Virus record (IMG/VR): IMGVR_UViG_3300029843_000117
Direction: 5' to 3' (one strand)
DNA from: a virus
Lineage: Duplodnaviria; Heunggongvirae; Uroviricota; Caudoviricetes
DNA length: 17,145 nucleotides
The translations under genes were made by a program, and so were the position numbers. Positions 6,700 through 15,406 of this stretch are shown in pieces. The first letter of the stretch is position 1. Each line of letters begins with the position of its first letter. The notes beneath the pieces were generated by a model, which did no database searches, was not told the DNA's origin, and was given only the letters and a program-made list of their open reading frames with translations.

Positions 6700-9136
6700 G
6701 TCATGCCGATATGAACAACTGCTGCGGCTTTAACGAGGCTGCCGCAGCATTCTCATGGAACAGCCCGAAAAAGGCCATTAACCCTTATCTGGACCCGGCG
6801 GAAGTTGCGCCGGTTTCTACGCTTTCAAACCTGATCACTCTGTACGCTGCCGATAACGAGCAGGAACAGTTGCGCCGCGAGGCACTGAGTGATCAGGTCT
6901 GGGAGCGTTATTTCTTTAATGAATCACGTGATCCTGTCCAGCGCGAAATGGAGCAGGATAAGCTCATTAGCCGGGCAAAGCTGGCGCATGAGCAGCAGCG
7001 TTTTAATTCAGACATGGTCATTCTGGCGGACGTCAACGCCCAGCCTTCCCATATCAGCAAGCCGCTGATGCAACGTATTGAATACTTCAGCAGCCTGGGC
7101 AGGCCAAAGGCTTATTCCCGCTATTTACGTGAGACGATTAAGCCATGTCTGGAACGACTGGAGCATGTACGCGACAGTCAGCTATCTGCATCTTTTCGCT
7201 TTATGGCAAGCCATGAAGGGCTGGACGGCCTGCTGATCCTGCCTGAAATGAGTCAGGATCAGGTGAAACGCCTGTCCACCTTGGTAGCTGCGCATATGAG
7301 TATGTGCCTTGATGCAGCTTGTGGTGATTTGTATGCCACCGATGACGTTAAGCCAGAAGAAATCCGCAAGACATGGGAAAAGGTGGCAGCGGAAACCCTG
7401 CGTCTGGATGTCATCCCACCTGCGTTTGAGCAACTCCGTCGGAAAAGAAACCGCCGTAAACCCGTGCCGTATGAACTCATTCCGGGTTCGCTGGCGCGTA
7501 TGTTGTGCGCCGACTGGTGGTATCGGAAATTATGGAAGATGCGTTGCGAATGGCGGGAAGAGCAGTTGCGCGCTGTTTGCCTGGTCAGCAAAAAAGCATC
7601 TCCTTATGTCAGCTATGAAGCCGTGATGCATAAACGTGAGCAGCGCCGTAAGTCGCTGGAGTTTTTCCGTTCTCATGAACTGGTGAACGAAGACGGCGAC
7701 ACGCTGGACATGGAGGATGTGGTAAACGCCAGCAGCAGCAACCCTGCGCATCGCCGCAATGAGATGATGGCCTGTGTTAAAGGTCTGGAGCTTATCGCGG
7801 AAATGCGCGGTGACTGCGCCGTTTTCTACACTATCACCTGTCCGTCGCGTTTCCATTCCACGCTAAATAACGGCAGACCAAACCCGACCTGGACAAACGC
7901 GACGGTAAGACAAAGCAGCGATTATCTGGTCGGCATGTTTGCTGCATTTCGTAAGGCGATGCACAAAGCCGGGTTGCGCTGGTATGGCGTGCGGGTGGCT
8001 GAGCCGCATCATGATGGCACAGTTCACTGGCACCTGTTGTGTTTCATGCGCAAAAAAGACCGCCGTGCCATCACTGCATTACTGCGTAAGTTTGCCATCC
8101 GTGAAGACCGCGAGGAGCTGGGCAATAACACTGGGCCGCGCTTTAAGTCTGAGTTGATTAACCCGCGCAAAGGAACGCCGACAAGCTACATCGCGAAATA
8201 TATCAGTAAGAACATTGACGGTCGTGGTCTGGCTGGCGAGATCAGCAAGGAAACGGGTAAATCTCTGCGTGATAACGCTGAATACGTGAATGCCTGGGCG
8301 TCTCTGCATCGTGTTCAGCAATTCCGCTTCTTTGGTATTCCGGGGCGTCAGGCTTACCGTGAACTTCGCTTGCTGGCTGGTCAGGCGGCAAGGCAACAGG
8401 GTGACAAAAAAGCAGGTGCGCCGGTACTGGATAACCCGCGTCTTGATGCCATTCTGGCTGCTGCTGATGCTGGTTGTTTTGCCACCTACATCATGAAGCA
8501 GGGCGGCGTACTGGTTCCCCGTAAATATCACCTCATCAGAACCGCTTATGAAATCAACGAAGAGCCGACCGCCTATGGCGATCACGGCATTCGTATTTAT
8601 GGCATCTGGTCACCCATTGCAGAGGGCAAGATCTGCACTCATGCAGTGAAGTGGAAAATGGTTCGTAAAGCCGTTGACGTTCAGGAGGCGGCAGCCGACC
8701 AGGGCGCTTGCGCCCCTTGGACTCGTGGCAATAACTGTCCCCTTGGACTCGTGGCAATAACTGTCCCCTTGCTGAAAATTTGTACCAACAAGGGAAAGAC
8801 AAATCAGCTGATGGGGATACCAGAACGGATATCACCCGCATGGATGACAAGGAATTGCACGATTACCTGCACAGTATGAACAAAAAAGAGCGTCGGGAAC
8901 TGGCTGCAAGGTTACGCCTGGTGAAACCGAAACGGCGTAGAGACTACAAACAGCGAATTACAGATCATCAGCGACAGCAGCTCGTCTATGAACTGAAGTC
9001 CAGAGGATTTGATGGCAGCGAGAAAGAGGTCGATTTACTCCTTCGCGGCGGCAGCATTCCGTCAGGAGCAGGCCTGCGTATTTTCTATCGGAACCAGCGT
9101 TTGCAGGAAGATGATAAGTGGCGGAACCTGTATTAA
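6696..9136 (+). pseudogene. A: Replication initiation endonuclease A (P2 gpA-like, HUH rolling-circle initiator), frameshifted by a 26-bp tandem duplication
   Basis: The frame-0 ORF 6696-8879 (727 aa) carries the HUH-like motif TVHWHLLCF and the tyrosine motif YIAKYISK. Downstream, ORF 8780-9136 in frame 2 continues the protein exactly if one 26-bp repeat copy (8739-8764) is removed, which would give a continuous ORF of about 804 aa. Confidence 0.75.
8713..8771. repeat. Tandem direct repeat: 26-mer ccccttggactcgtggcaataactgt, two full copies plus a partial 7 bp
   Basis: 8713-8738 and 8739-8764 are identical base for base, and 8765-8771 repeats the first 7 bp. 26 is not a multiple of 3, so the duplication shifts the A reading frame. 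Confidence 0.9.
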
Positions 9137-9228
9137 TTACGCGGGTTAACAATTCGTGCTCTTAATAATACCAGGTATATCAGGCTGATGAACGTAAAAA
9201 AACGTTTTACATCAGTAAGATTATTATA

Positions 9229-9248
9229 TACTGTAAATATAAACAGTG
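9229..9248. promoter_or_regulatory. LexA box (SOS operator): TACTGT-N8-ACAGTG
   Basis: tactgtaaatataaacagtg matches the consensus CTGT-N8-ACAG with an AT-rich spacer. It overlaps a -10-like tatact/tatata and lies about 45 bp upstream of the ORF at 9290. Confidence 0.7.
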
Positions 9249-9289
9249 GTTATGCATACAGTATTGCTTGTGGTGTCATAGGAGGAAAG

Positions 9290-9478
9290 ATGCAGGACTA
9301 TTTTTTGGAGTCTTTGAAGCTCCAGCGCATTGATTTTTTTCTTAAGCTTGTAGCGGCTAGTGAGTGTAGTGATGAAGAGAAGGGGCTGGCCCTGCAGTGG
9401 GTTTCTGAACTGACAGATGAACTCATGGCAAAAATCAGAACCCACGAATACAACCGCTCAATGGATGTCATCAGCTGA
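9290..9478 (+). CDS. Small hypothetical protein, first gene of a putative SOS-inducible operon (Tum-like region)
   Basis: 62 aa from ATG 9290, with RBS aggagga at 9280-9286, downstream of the LexA box. Confidence 0.5.
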   Translation: MQDYFLESLKLQRIDFFLKLVAASECSDEEKGLALQWVSELTDELMAKIRTHEYNRSMDVIS

Positions 9479-9488
9479 GGTGACTTTT

Positions 9489-9722
9489 ATGCGCATTGAA
9501 ATAATGATCGATAAAGAGCAGAAGATTAGCCAGTCTACCCTGGACGCCCTTGAATCCGAGCTTTACCGCAATCTGCGCCCCCTGTATCCCAAAACGGTAA
9601 TTCGCATTCGCAAAGGTAGCTCTAACGGTGTGGAACTGACCGGACTGCAACTGGACGAAGAAAGGAAGCAAGTGATGAAAATTATGCAGAAGGTGTGGGA
9701 AGACGACAGCTGGCTGCATTAA
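9489..9722 (+). CDS. DinI-family protein (DinI/Tum C-terminal-like)
   Basis: 77 aa: MRIEIMIDKEQ..LDALESELYRNL..YPKTVIRIRKG...KQVMKIMQKVWEDDSW. Resembles E. coli DinI as recalled (MRIEV..IDALAGEL...WESADDW). RBS gaggtg at 9477-9482. Confidence 0.7.
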   Translation: MRIEIMIDKEQKISQSTLDALESELYRNLRPLYPKTVIRIRKGSSNGVELTGLQLDEERKQVMKIMQKVWEDDSWLH

Positions 9723-9752
9723 GAAACGTTGCCCCCAAGAGGATTCATTCTG

Positions 9753-9923
9753 ATGGGGGACTATTTTGGGCAACGAGTGAAACGAGGCGTTAGGTGGACG
9801 GCCATTTTGATAAGTGATCGTCCGCTTTTTGTTCTGAGTTCAAGCGATGGATTTAACACACTGGTTGAAGCAGAAGTATCTAAGTTCAATTTATATTATT
9901 TGAAGGGCACTGGTCTGATGTAG
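9753..9923 (+). CDS. Small hypothetical ORF
   Basis: 56 aa from an internal ATG with RBS aagagga at 9737-9743. No recognisable motif. Confidence 0.25.
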   Translation: MGDYFGQRVKRGVRWTAILISDRPLFVLSSSDGFNTLVEAEVSKFNLYYLKGTGLM

Positions 9924-10009
9924 TACGATTTTTGCCGGAGATGGCATGTTCTATATTGATCTCATCCATATAATGATTGGTATTATTAGCTTAGTTTAAA
10001 GAGGATTGA

Positions 10010-11587
10010 ATGGATATCAACTATGTTGTTTCAAAAATGGGGTTCGTAGATGATCTTATTAATGCAGGTTCATTTGATTCTGCCTATAAAAATGTAAAGG
10101 ATATTCTTAACGGTATCGATGAGATAAATACAATCAAAGAAAATAGAATAATTATATTATCTAATTTGGCCGGAAATCTTATTGATATCGGAAGTTTTAG
10201 TAATGTAAAAAATATAGCGGAGGAAGGCTTAAATATCTTTATAAACAATAAAAATGAATTTCTGACTATAATGAAAGAATCCTTATATTACTATAACTTG
10301 GCAAATGGAATGAGCGCAGTTCTTGATTTTAATCCTAATGACAATGCAGATATTGATAGTTTCATTAAGCTGAATGATGTAAAAAATAATTACTGGAAAG
10401 CGTTTAAACTTTCACAAGAAGATGGATGGGTGCCCCCTGATTTAATAGTTAATCTAGCTAATGTATTAAAAAAACAATATCGTATATCTGAATCAATGGA
10501 TTATTATGAACAAGCAATATCTATTGATAACTCAATTCCTCAGGCGTGGGTAAACAGATCTGAGGCATTAGAATTGCTTAATGAATTATCTACAACATAT
10601 ACATATAAAATGATTAAAGAAGTTATTCGAGGTTATGAGTGTGCAATAAAGTCAGGGAAATGTTTTCCTTCATGGAAGGTTGCTCTTCAAAGAAAAATAA
10701 AGTACAACGAAAGTATATTGAGTGAATCATGTGTATATGGCATAGAGGATATAAGTACAGATGAAAGGCTCACGCAGGAGGAGTATGATACTTTATCAAA
10801 CTACCAGAGGTTTTGTATAGATAATAATCTAATGTTGTCTGATCATTCGCTATATTGCAATTGTTATGCGTCATCTAAAGATAATATAACTATTGCTACC
10901 ACCGAGGAAGGTGTGTTTGGTGATTTTATAGTGCCAATGGAAATGGTGTTAAATAGACTTAAAGCTGAGTATTCCTTAGCACGAAAAATGTTTTTTGAAT
11001 ATAAGGTTGATAGTGAGTTTTTTGATGAGGATTCGGAGGTATGTTATTCTGAATTGTATAATGGAGAAATATTGTATGAAAATGTTGAGAAGTTAAGGGT
11101 TGCATTTAGAGCTTGCTTTGGTATCTTGGATAAAATAGCAGTTGCTCTGTGTCAATTATTTGATTTAAAACCAGATAGAGGACATATATACTTTCATAAC
11201 TTCTGGCGGATTAGTGATGAAAAAAGAAAGCTTAAAATAAACAAAATAAATAATAAAGGATTGCTGGGTTTGTTTAGTATTGCTATGGATTTGAATGATA
11301 AAAATGGTGAGCTTGCTTTTTTTAAAGAATGGAGGAATGATTTAGAACATAAACTGTTAGTTATTCACGAGAAAGACATGTTAGTTGATTTATATAATTC
11401 TTATGGGTTTTTTGATGAGGTGAGGTTTATTGAGAAAGAAAAGTTTGAGAAACAGCTCTTACAACTCATGAAAATTGTGAGATCAGCCGTTATTCTTTTT
11501 GTGTTTACCATACGTATAGAGGGGAAAAAAAGTATTCCTAAAGATATGTTGACCATTAAAAATACCATCGAGAGAAAAGTATTGTAG
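10010..11587 (+). CDS. Cargo protein with TPR-like N-terminal region and C-terminal HEPN-like domain (Rx4H motif); candidate abortive-infection or defence RNase
   Basis: 525-aa ORF, strongly AT-rich. RBS gagg at 10001-10004. TPR-like segment SMDYYEQAISIDNSIPQAWVNRSEALELLNE. C-terminal FFKEWRNDLEHKLLVIHEKD contains R-x4-H, the HEPN signature. A perfect -10 TATAAT lies at 9969-9974. Confidence 0.8.
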   Translation: MDINYVVSKMGFVDDLINAGSFDSAYKNVKDILNGIDEINTIKENRIIILSNLAGNLIDIGSFSNVKNIAEEGLNIFINNKNEFLTIMKESLYYYNLANGMSAVLDFNPNDNADIDSFIKLNDVKNNYWKAFKLSQEDGWVPPDLIVNLANVLKKQYRISESMDYYEQAISIDNSIPQAWVNRSEALELLNELSTTYTYKMIKEVIRGYECAIKSGKCFPSWKVALQRKIKYNESILSESCVYGIEDISTDERLTQEEYDTLSNYQRFCIDNNLMLSDHSLYCNCYASSKDNITIATTEEGVFGDFIVPMEMVLNRLKAEYSLARKMFFEYKVDSEFFDEDSEVCYSELYNGEILYENVEKLRVAFRACFGILDKIAVALCQLFDLKPDRGHIYFHNFWRISDEKRKLKINKINNKGLLGLFSIAMDLNDKNGELAFFKEWRNDLEHKLLVIHEKDMLVDLYNSYGFFDEVRFIEKEKFEKQLLQLMKIVRSAVILFVFTIRIEGKKSIPKDMLTIKNTIERKVL

Positions 11588-11909
11588 TATATTTTCATCG
11601 AGCGATGAAACGGTCTGTTTTTCTTTATAGTTTTGTCATAAAAAAGAGATTTCCTGCTTAAAATTTGGCTATTACAGAGCAACTATGTATGTTCCTCGCT
11701 CACAGTAGAGCTTCATCTTTGTAAGTCTGTATGTTTCGTTTTTCAAGTGGTCATTCAGATACGGACTTTCACTTCTCTTAGACAGTGCATGACTATGCTG
11801 CATGAAATCGCATGATCGTTTAAGGATCGTTTTTGCTAAGGCTCGCCAGAACTAGCGGGCTTTTACGTAGAACATGCAGGTGCATGAAAACCACTACATA
11901 AAGCGGGCA

Positions 11910-11928
11910 GGCGTGGCGGGGATACGAG
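11910..11928. other. Candidate cos site (cohesive-end sequence) of the P2/186 type
   Basis: ggcgtggcggggatacgag begins with GGCGTGGCGGGGA, matching my recollection of the 186/P2 19-nt cohesive end (GGCG[A/T]GGCGGGGAAAGCA.). The location between the accessory region and the 3' end of Q matches the P2 map. Confidence 0.5.
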
Positions 11929-12133
11929 CGCGCACTCTGGGGTAAAATGGTCAAAATCCACCGCAATTTACTGGCTCGGGAACGTAGTTAGTTTTGTAGG
12001 TATAAACGGCTCTCACGTTAGATAGGCATGCAGGATGTGTTAAATCGTTGTGATGAAGTTAACGGTGACTGAGACAGTTTAGGTCTAAGATATAACTTCT
12101 GGGTTAGTTAAAAATTGGAATAGTAAGACATTT

Positions 12134-12430
12134 ATGAAAACTACTTATAGCTATGATTTTCAATATATGCGCAAAGGTCAGGATCGCCCTGATGATGATG
12201 GAGAGGTTGTAGGGTGTAATTCAGAAGACAACTCGCTTTTGATGCTTCCAAATGTGGGAGACTACGTAACAATTACGAATAAGGGTGGGCGTGCTCAATT
12301 TGATGGGCGGGTGAAAACAAGGCTTTTCAATTACCTACGCATTGCTGATGGTCATGTTCATTGCTCCATTTGCATTGTAGTTGAGGAAGTTGATATGGAC
12401 TCCGTATGGGGGGCACTAATTAAAGAATAA
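12134..12430 (+). CDS. Hypothetical 98-aa protein between cos and Q
   Basis: ORF with a weak RBS and no recognisable motif (contains HCSIC). It occupies a space that is short and non-coding in P2 as I recall it. Confidence 0.4.
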   Translation: MKTTYSYDFQYMRKGQDRPDDDGEVVGCNSEDNSLLMLPNVGDYVTITNKGGRAQFDGRVKTRLFNYLRIADGHVHCSICIVVEEVDMDSVWGALIKE

Positions 12431-12460
12431 TAGAATGCCTGCAAATGCAGGCGCTTTAAT

Positions 12461-13501
12461 TTACTCAGAAATATCTAAGTTGTAAGATTCAAAGCAAATC
12501 ACTTTTTCACCTAGCCAGTTGTTCAGCTCTTGCAGCCGCTTTTGCAGTGGCATCAGTTCATTGCGGACAAACACTCGACTAGCCTTCTCCACATCCCCAA
12601 ACCCCCCGACATTATTAGGCATTATCCCCATCATTTGTGGCGGCACACGATGCGCCGCCATCATGTCGTCCCGGCTCACGTTCTTGATATTCAGGAACTC
12701 ATCCTTCGCCGCCACTTCTGACAACGGGATAATCTGAAGCCCGTCCTTTTTACCGTTAGGCGAGTACATAAACAGGTTACGGAAGTTACCAGGACCTTTG
12801 GCGCTTTTCATCGCATTGCGGAGGTTGTTCACATCCTCCTGGTTCTGCGCAGCATCGGTCATGTACATGATGAAGCCTGCATGACTGCCGTTAATGTAAT
12901 ACTTGCGGCGGAACAGCGTGGCGGACTCGTTGAGCAGAGCTGACGGAATGGCAGAAAGATAACCGGGCAGGCCGTAGATCTCCTGGTTAATGTCCGGTTC
13001 CATTAGATGAAAAATGCTGCCTTTCGTGAACTGATACGGCTGGGTTGTCATACCGTATTGCACAAACCAGTAGGTATCCAGGTCTAACCCGCGTCGGGTG
13101 TATTTTGCCAGTGCAGGCTCAAGGGCGATAACTTCACCGAAGCGGTTCGTGCGTTTCTCCAGGTAGGCGTTACCAAAAACCAGATAGTCCTGCACAAAAC
13201 GCGAAAAAGCCTGCTGGCTGAGCAGCGGGTGAGGGATGTAGGTGCTGGTCAGAATGTTGCACTTCACTGCAATCGGTGAGCTGTGATGCACGGCGGCGCG
13301 GAAGGTTCGCGCCAGTCCGTCGAAACTCACAGGCGGCTCATACCAACGATCCATCTGTACGCATTCCACATAGTCCAGCAGTTCGCGGCGGTCCAGAACA
13401 GGAACGGGATCACCGAAGCTGAATGCTTCGGCTGAAGTCTGGCTTTTATGCTGGATCTGTTTCGTCGACGCAGCGCGGTTCTTCTTACTCTTTCCCATCA
13501 A
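12461..13501 (-). CDS. Q: Portal vertex protein (P2 gpQ-like)
   Basis: 346 aa (P2 Q is about 344 aa as recalled). Leftward orientation and a 4-bp overlap with the upstream terminase gene match the P2 QP operon. Confidence 0.85.
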   Translation of the reverse strand: MMGKSKKNRAASTKQIQHKSQTSAEAFSFGDPVPVLDRRELLDYVECVQMDRWYEPPVSFDGLARTFRAAVHHSSPIAVKCNILTSTYIPHPLLSQQAFSRFVQDYLVFGNAYLEKRTNRFGEVIALEPALAKYTRRGLDLDTYWFVQYGMTTQPYQFTKGSIFHLMEPDINQEIYGLPGYLSAIPSALLNESATLFRRKYYINGSHAGFIMYMTDAAQNQEDVNNLRNAMKSAKGPGNFRNLFMYSPNGKKDGLQIIPLSEVAAKDEFLNIKNVSRDDMMAAHRVPPQMMGIMPNNVGGFGDVEKASRVFVRNELMPLQKRLQELNNWLGEKVICFESYNLDISE

Positions 13502-15264
13502 AAAATCTCCACAATATTGCTGGTATTGGCGGACTCGCCCTGCAGCGGTTCGTTAAACAGTGCGTGCATTGTTGCCCAGGCCAGATCGGCATGGCTGGCT
13601 TCTTCGCTGCGGCTGGCTTCATAGGTCGGGCGGTTGCCACTGGCAGTGGTAGCGCGACGGATTGCCATAAATGACTGCGCAATGTCGGTGTGCCCGGCGT
13701 CAAACTCCAGACGGCGGTGGCTGATAATGTCGTAGGCCTTGAGTACCAGGGCGTTTTTAACGTTGGGGTTGTAGACAAACTCCCTGACGGCAGGAAAAAA
13801 CGCTTTCACGTTCTCGTAAACCCCGTGACCGACGCCGGTCGAGTCGATGCCGATATAGGTCACGTTGTACTGTTCGGTCAGTTTTTTGATGGCGTCAGCC
13901 TGGGCGCGGAAGTCCATCCCGCGCCACTGGTGACGCTCAAGAATGCGGAACTTACCACCCGGCACGGCTGGCGGAGCCACCACCACGCATCCGGCACTAT
14001 CGCCGTTCTGCGTACCTTTTGCCGGGTCATAACCGATCCACACCTCGCGCCAGCCAAACGGGCGCAGCGCCAGTGCATGAAAGTCGGTCCAGACTTCCCA
14101 GCTGTCCACCATGCACGCCTGCAGCTCGCTGAGCGGAAACACGGACGCGAGATCGTCCACAAACTCGCACATCAGCAGGTTCTGGTATTCGTCCGGGCTG
14201 TACTCCATGCGCAACTGGTCAAGGTCGAACAGGTTACAGCCGCCGCGCACCGCATCTTCCACGGTGACTATCTGGCGGTATTGCCCGTCTGCGCACAGCA
14301 GGCCGGGGGCCAGATTGCTGTGGGACAGGTCGATGTCCACCTTATCGGCTTTGTTGCGCCCACGGTTGAACAGCGCACCGGACCAGAACGGATAAGCACT
14401 GTGTGTCAGACTGGATGGCGTGGAAAAATAGGTTTGTCGCCATTTTTTGTGAATAGCCATACCGGAAGCCACTTTGCGCAGCTCCTGGAATTTCGGTATC
14501 CAGAAATATTCATCCAGATACAGGTTGCCGTGGTAACTCTGGGCCGTGCGGGCATTGGTGCCGAGGAAGTAAAGCGTGGCCCCGTTAGGAAGCACCATCG
14601 GATCGCCTTTCAGCTCCACCTCCACTTCTTTGGCAAAGTCGATGATGTACTGTTTAAAGACGTGAGCCTGAGCCTTGCTGGCAGAAAGGAAAATCTGGTT
14701 ACGCCCGGTCAGCAGGGCGTCAATCAGGGCTTCACGGGCAAAGTAAAAGGTCGCGCCGATCTGGCGAGACTTCAGCAGGTTGCGGATGCGATTGGTTTTT
14801 CCGGCTTCCCACCAGTGGCGCTGGTAGTTGAACATGGAGGAATGGAAGATTTCTTCCAGCTTCTCAATCTGTTCATCGGTGAAAACATTCTTTTCCGGCT
14901 GACGGCGCGGGCCTTTGTTGCGGTTGGCGACGTTAGGGTTTAAGTCGGCTTCGTTGCCGCCATTGTTAAACTTGCCGATGCGCGCGTGGCGCTCCGACTG
15001 GCGCGCCAGCAGGTCAATCTCTTTGAAATCTTTCCCTTCTTTGTGCTCCTTCATAATGAGCTGGCAGTAGCGTGCGGCGGTGGTGAGCTGCATCTGATCC
15101 AGCGGCCCATAGTCACCCCACTTGTCGCGTTTTTTCCAGCTATGAACGGTTGCAACTTTCTCGCCCAGCATTTCAGCAATGCGGGCGACGCGGTATCCCT
15201 GAAAGTACAGCAGCATGGCCTGCCGACGGGGATCGAGATCTGCGGGTGTCAGTGTGGTGTTCAT
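13498..15264 (-). CDS. P: Terminase large (ATPase) subunit (P2 gpP-like)
   Basis: 588 aa (P2 P is about 590 aa as recalled). Divergent from O across a 142-bp intergenic region, as in P2. Confidence 0.85.
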   Translation of the reverse strand: MNTTLTPADLDPRRQAMLLYFQGYRVARIAEMLGEKVATVHSWKKRDKWGDYGPLDQMQLTTAARYCQLIMKEHKEGKDFKEIDLLARQSERHARIGKFNNGGNEADLNPNVANRNKGPRRQPEKNVFTDEQIEKLEEIFHSSMFNYQRHWWEAGKTNRIRNLLKSRQIGATFYFAREALIDALLTGRNQIFLSASKAQAHVFKQYIIDFAKEVEVELKGDPMVLPNGATLYFLGTNARTAQSYHGNLYLDEYFWIPKFQELRKVASGMAIHKKWRQTYFSTPSSLTHSAYPFWSGALFNRGRNKADKVDIDLSHSNLAPGLLCADGQYRQIVTVEDAVRGGCNLFDLDQLRMEYSPDEYQNLLMCEFVDDLASVFPLSELQACMVDSWEVWTDFHALALRPFGWREVWIGYDPAKGTQNGDSAGCVVVAPPAVPGGKFRILERHQWRGMDFRAQADAIKKLTEQYNVTYIGIDSTGVGHGVYENVKAFFPAVREFVYNPNVKNALVLKAYDIISHRRLEFDAGHTDIAQSFMAIRRATTASGNRPTYEASRSEEASHADLAWATMHALFNEPLQGESANTSNIVEIF

Positions 15265-15310
15265 GGCACAAACCTACAGCCTTGAATGAAGGCTTTCCCC
15301 GCCTGCGGTT

Positions 15311-15328
15311 TGTGTGGTTGTCGGTACA
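15311..15328. promoter_or_regulatory. TGT-N12-ACA element in the P/O intergenic region; candidate Ogr-dependent late-promoter activator site
   Basis: tgt-gtggttgtcggt-aca, centred about 55-60 bp upstream of a plausible O transcription start. P2 late promoters carry TGT-N12-ACA near -55 as recalled. Confidence 0.4.
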
Positions 15329-15406
15329 AATACCGCGCATTGTTTCACTGCCCCCATCACCGCAACCATAAGGCTCCAGTAAGTTTTTTCTAACGGAGCA
15401 CGGCTC

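Noticed and set aside
8713-8771. Possible CRISPR-like repeat or programmed ribosomal frameshift site
   Set aside because: Only two directly abutting copies with no spacers, so not a CRISPR array. No slippery heptamer sits at the frame junction; the A6G run lies after the frame-0 stop. A simple duplication mutation is the more economical explanation.
8780-9136. 118-aa ORF called as an independent gene
   Set aside because: It is the displaced C-terminus of replication gene A, in frame with A once one 26-bp repeat copy is removed. The TTG start is an artefact of ORF calling.
11401-11682. 93-aa minus-strand ORF
   Set aside because: It is largely antisense to the 3' end of the 525-aa gene, AT-rich and low-complexity, with no RBS.
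13690-14943. 417-aa ORF on the plus strand
   Set aside because: It lies entirely antisense to the terminase gene P. It is a GC-rich antisense artefact with a low-complexity, Arg/Gly/Val-rich translation and no RBS context.
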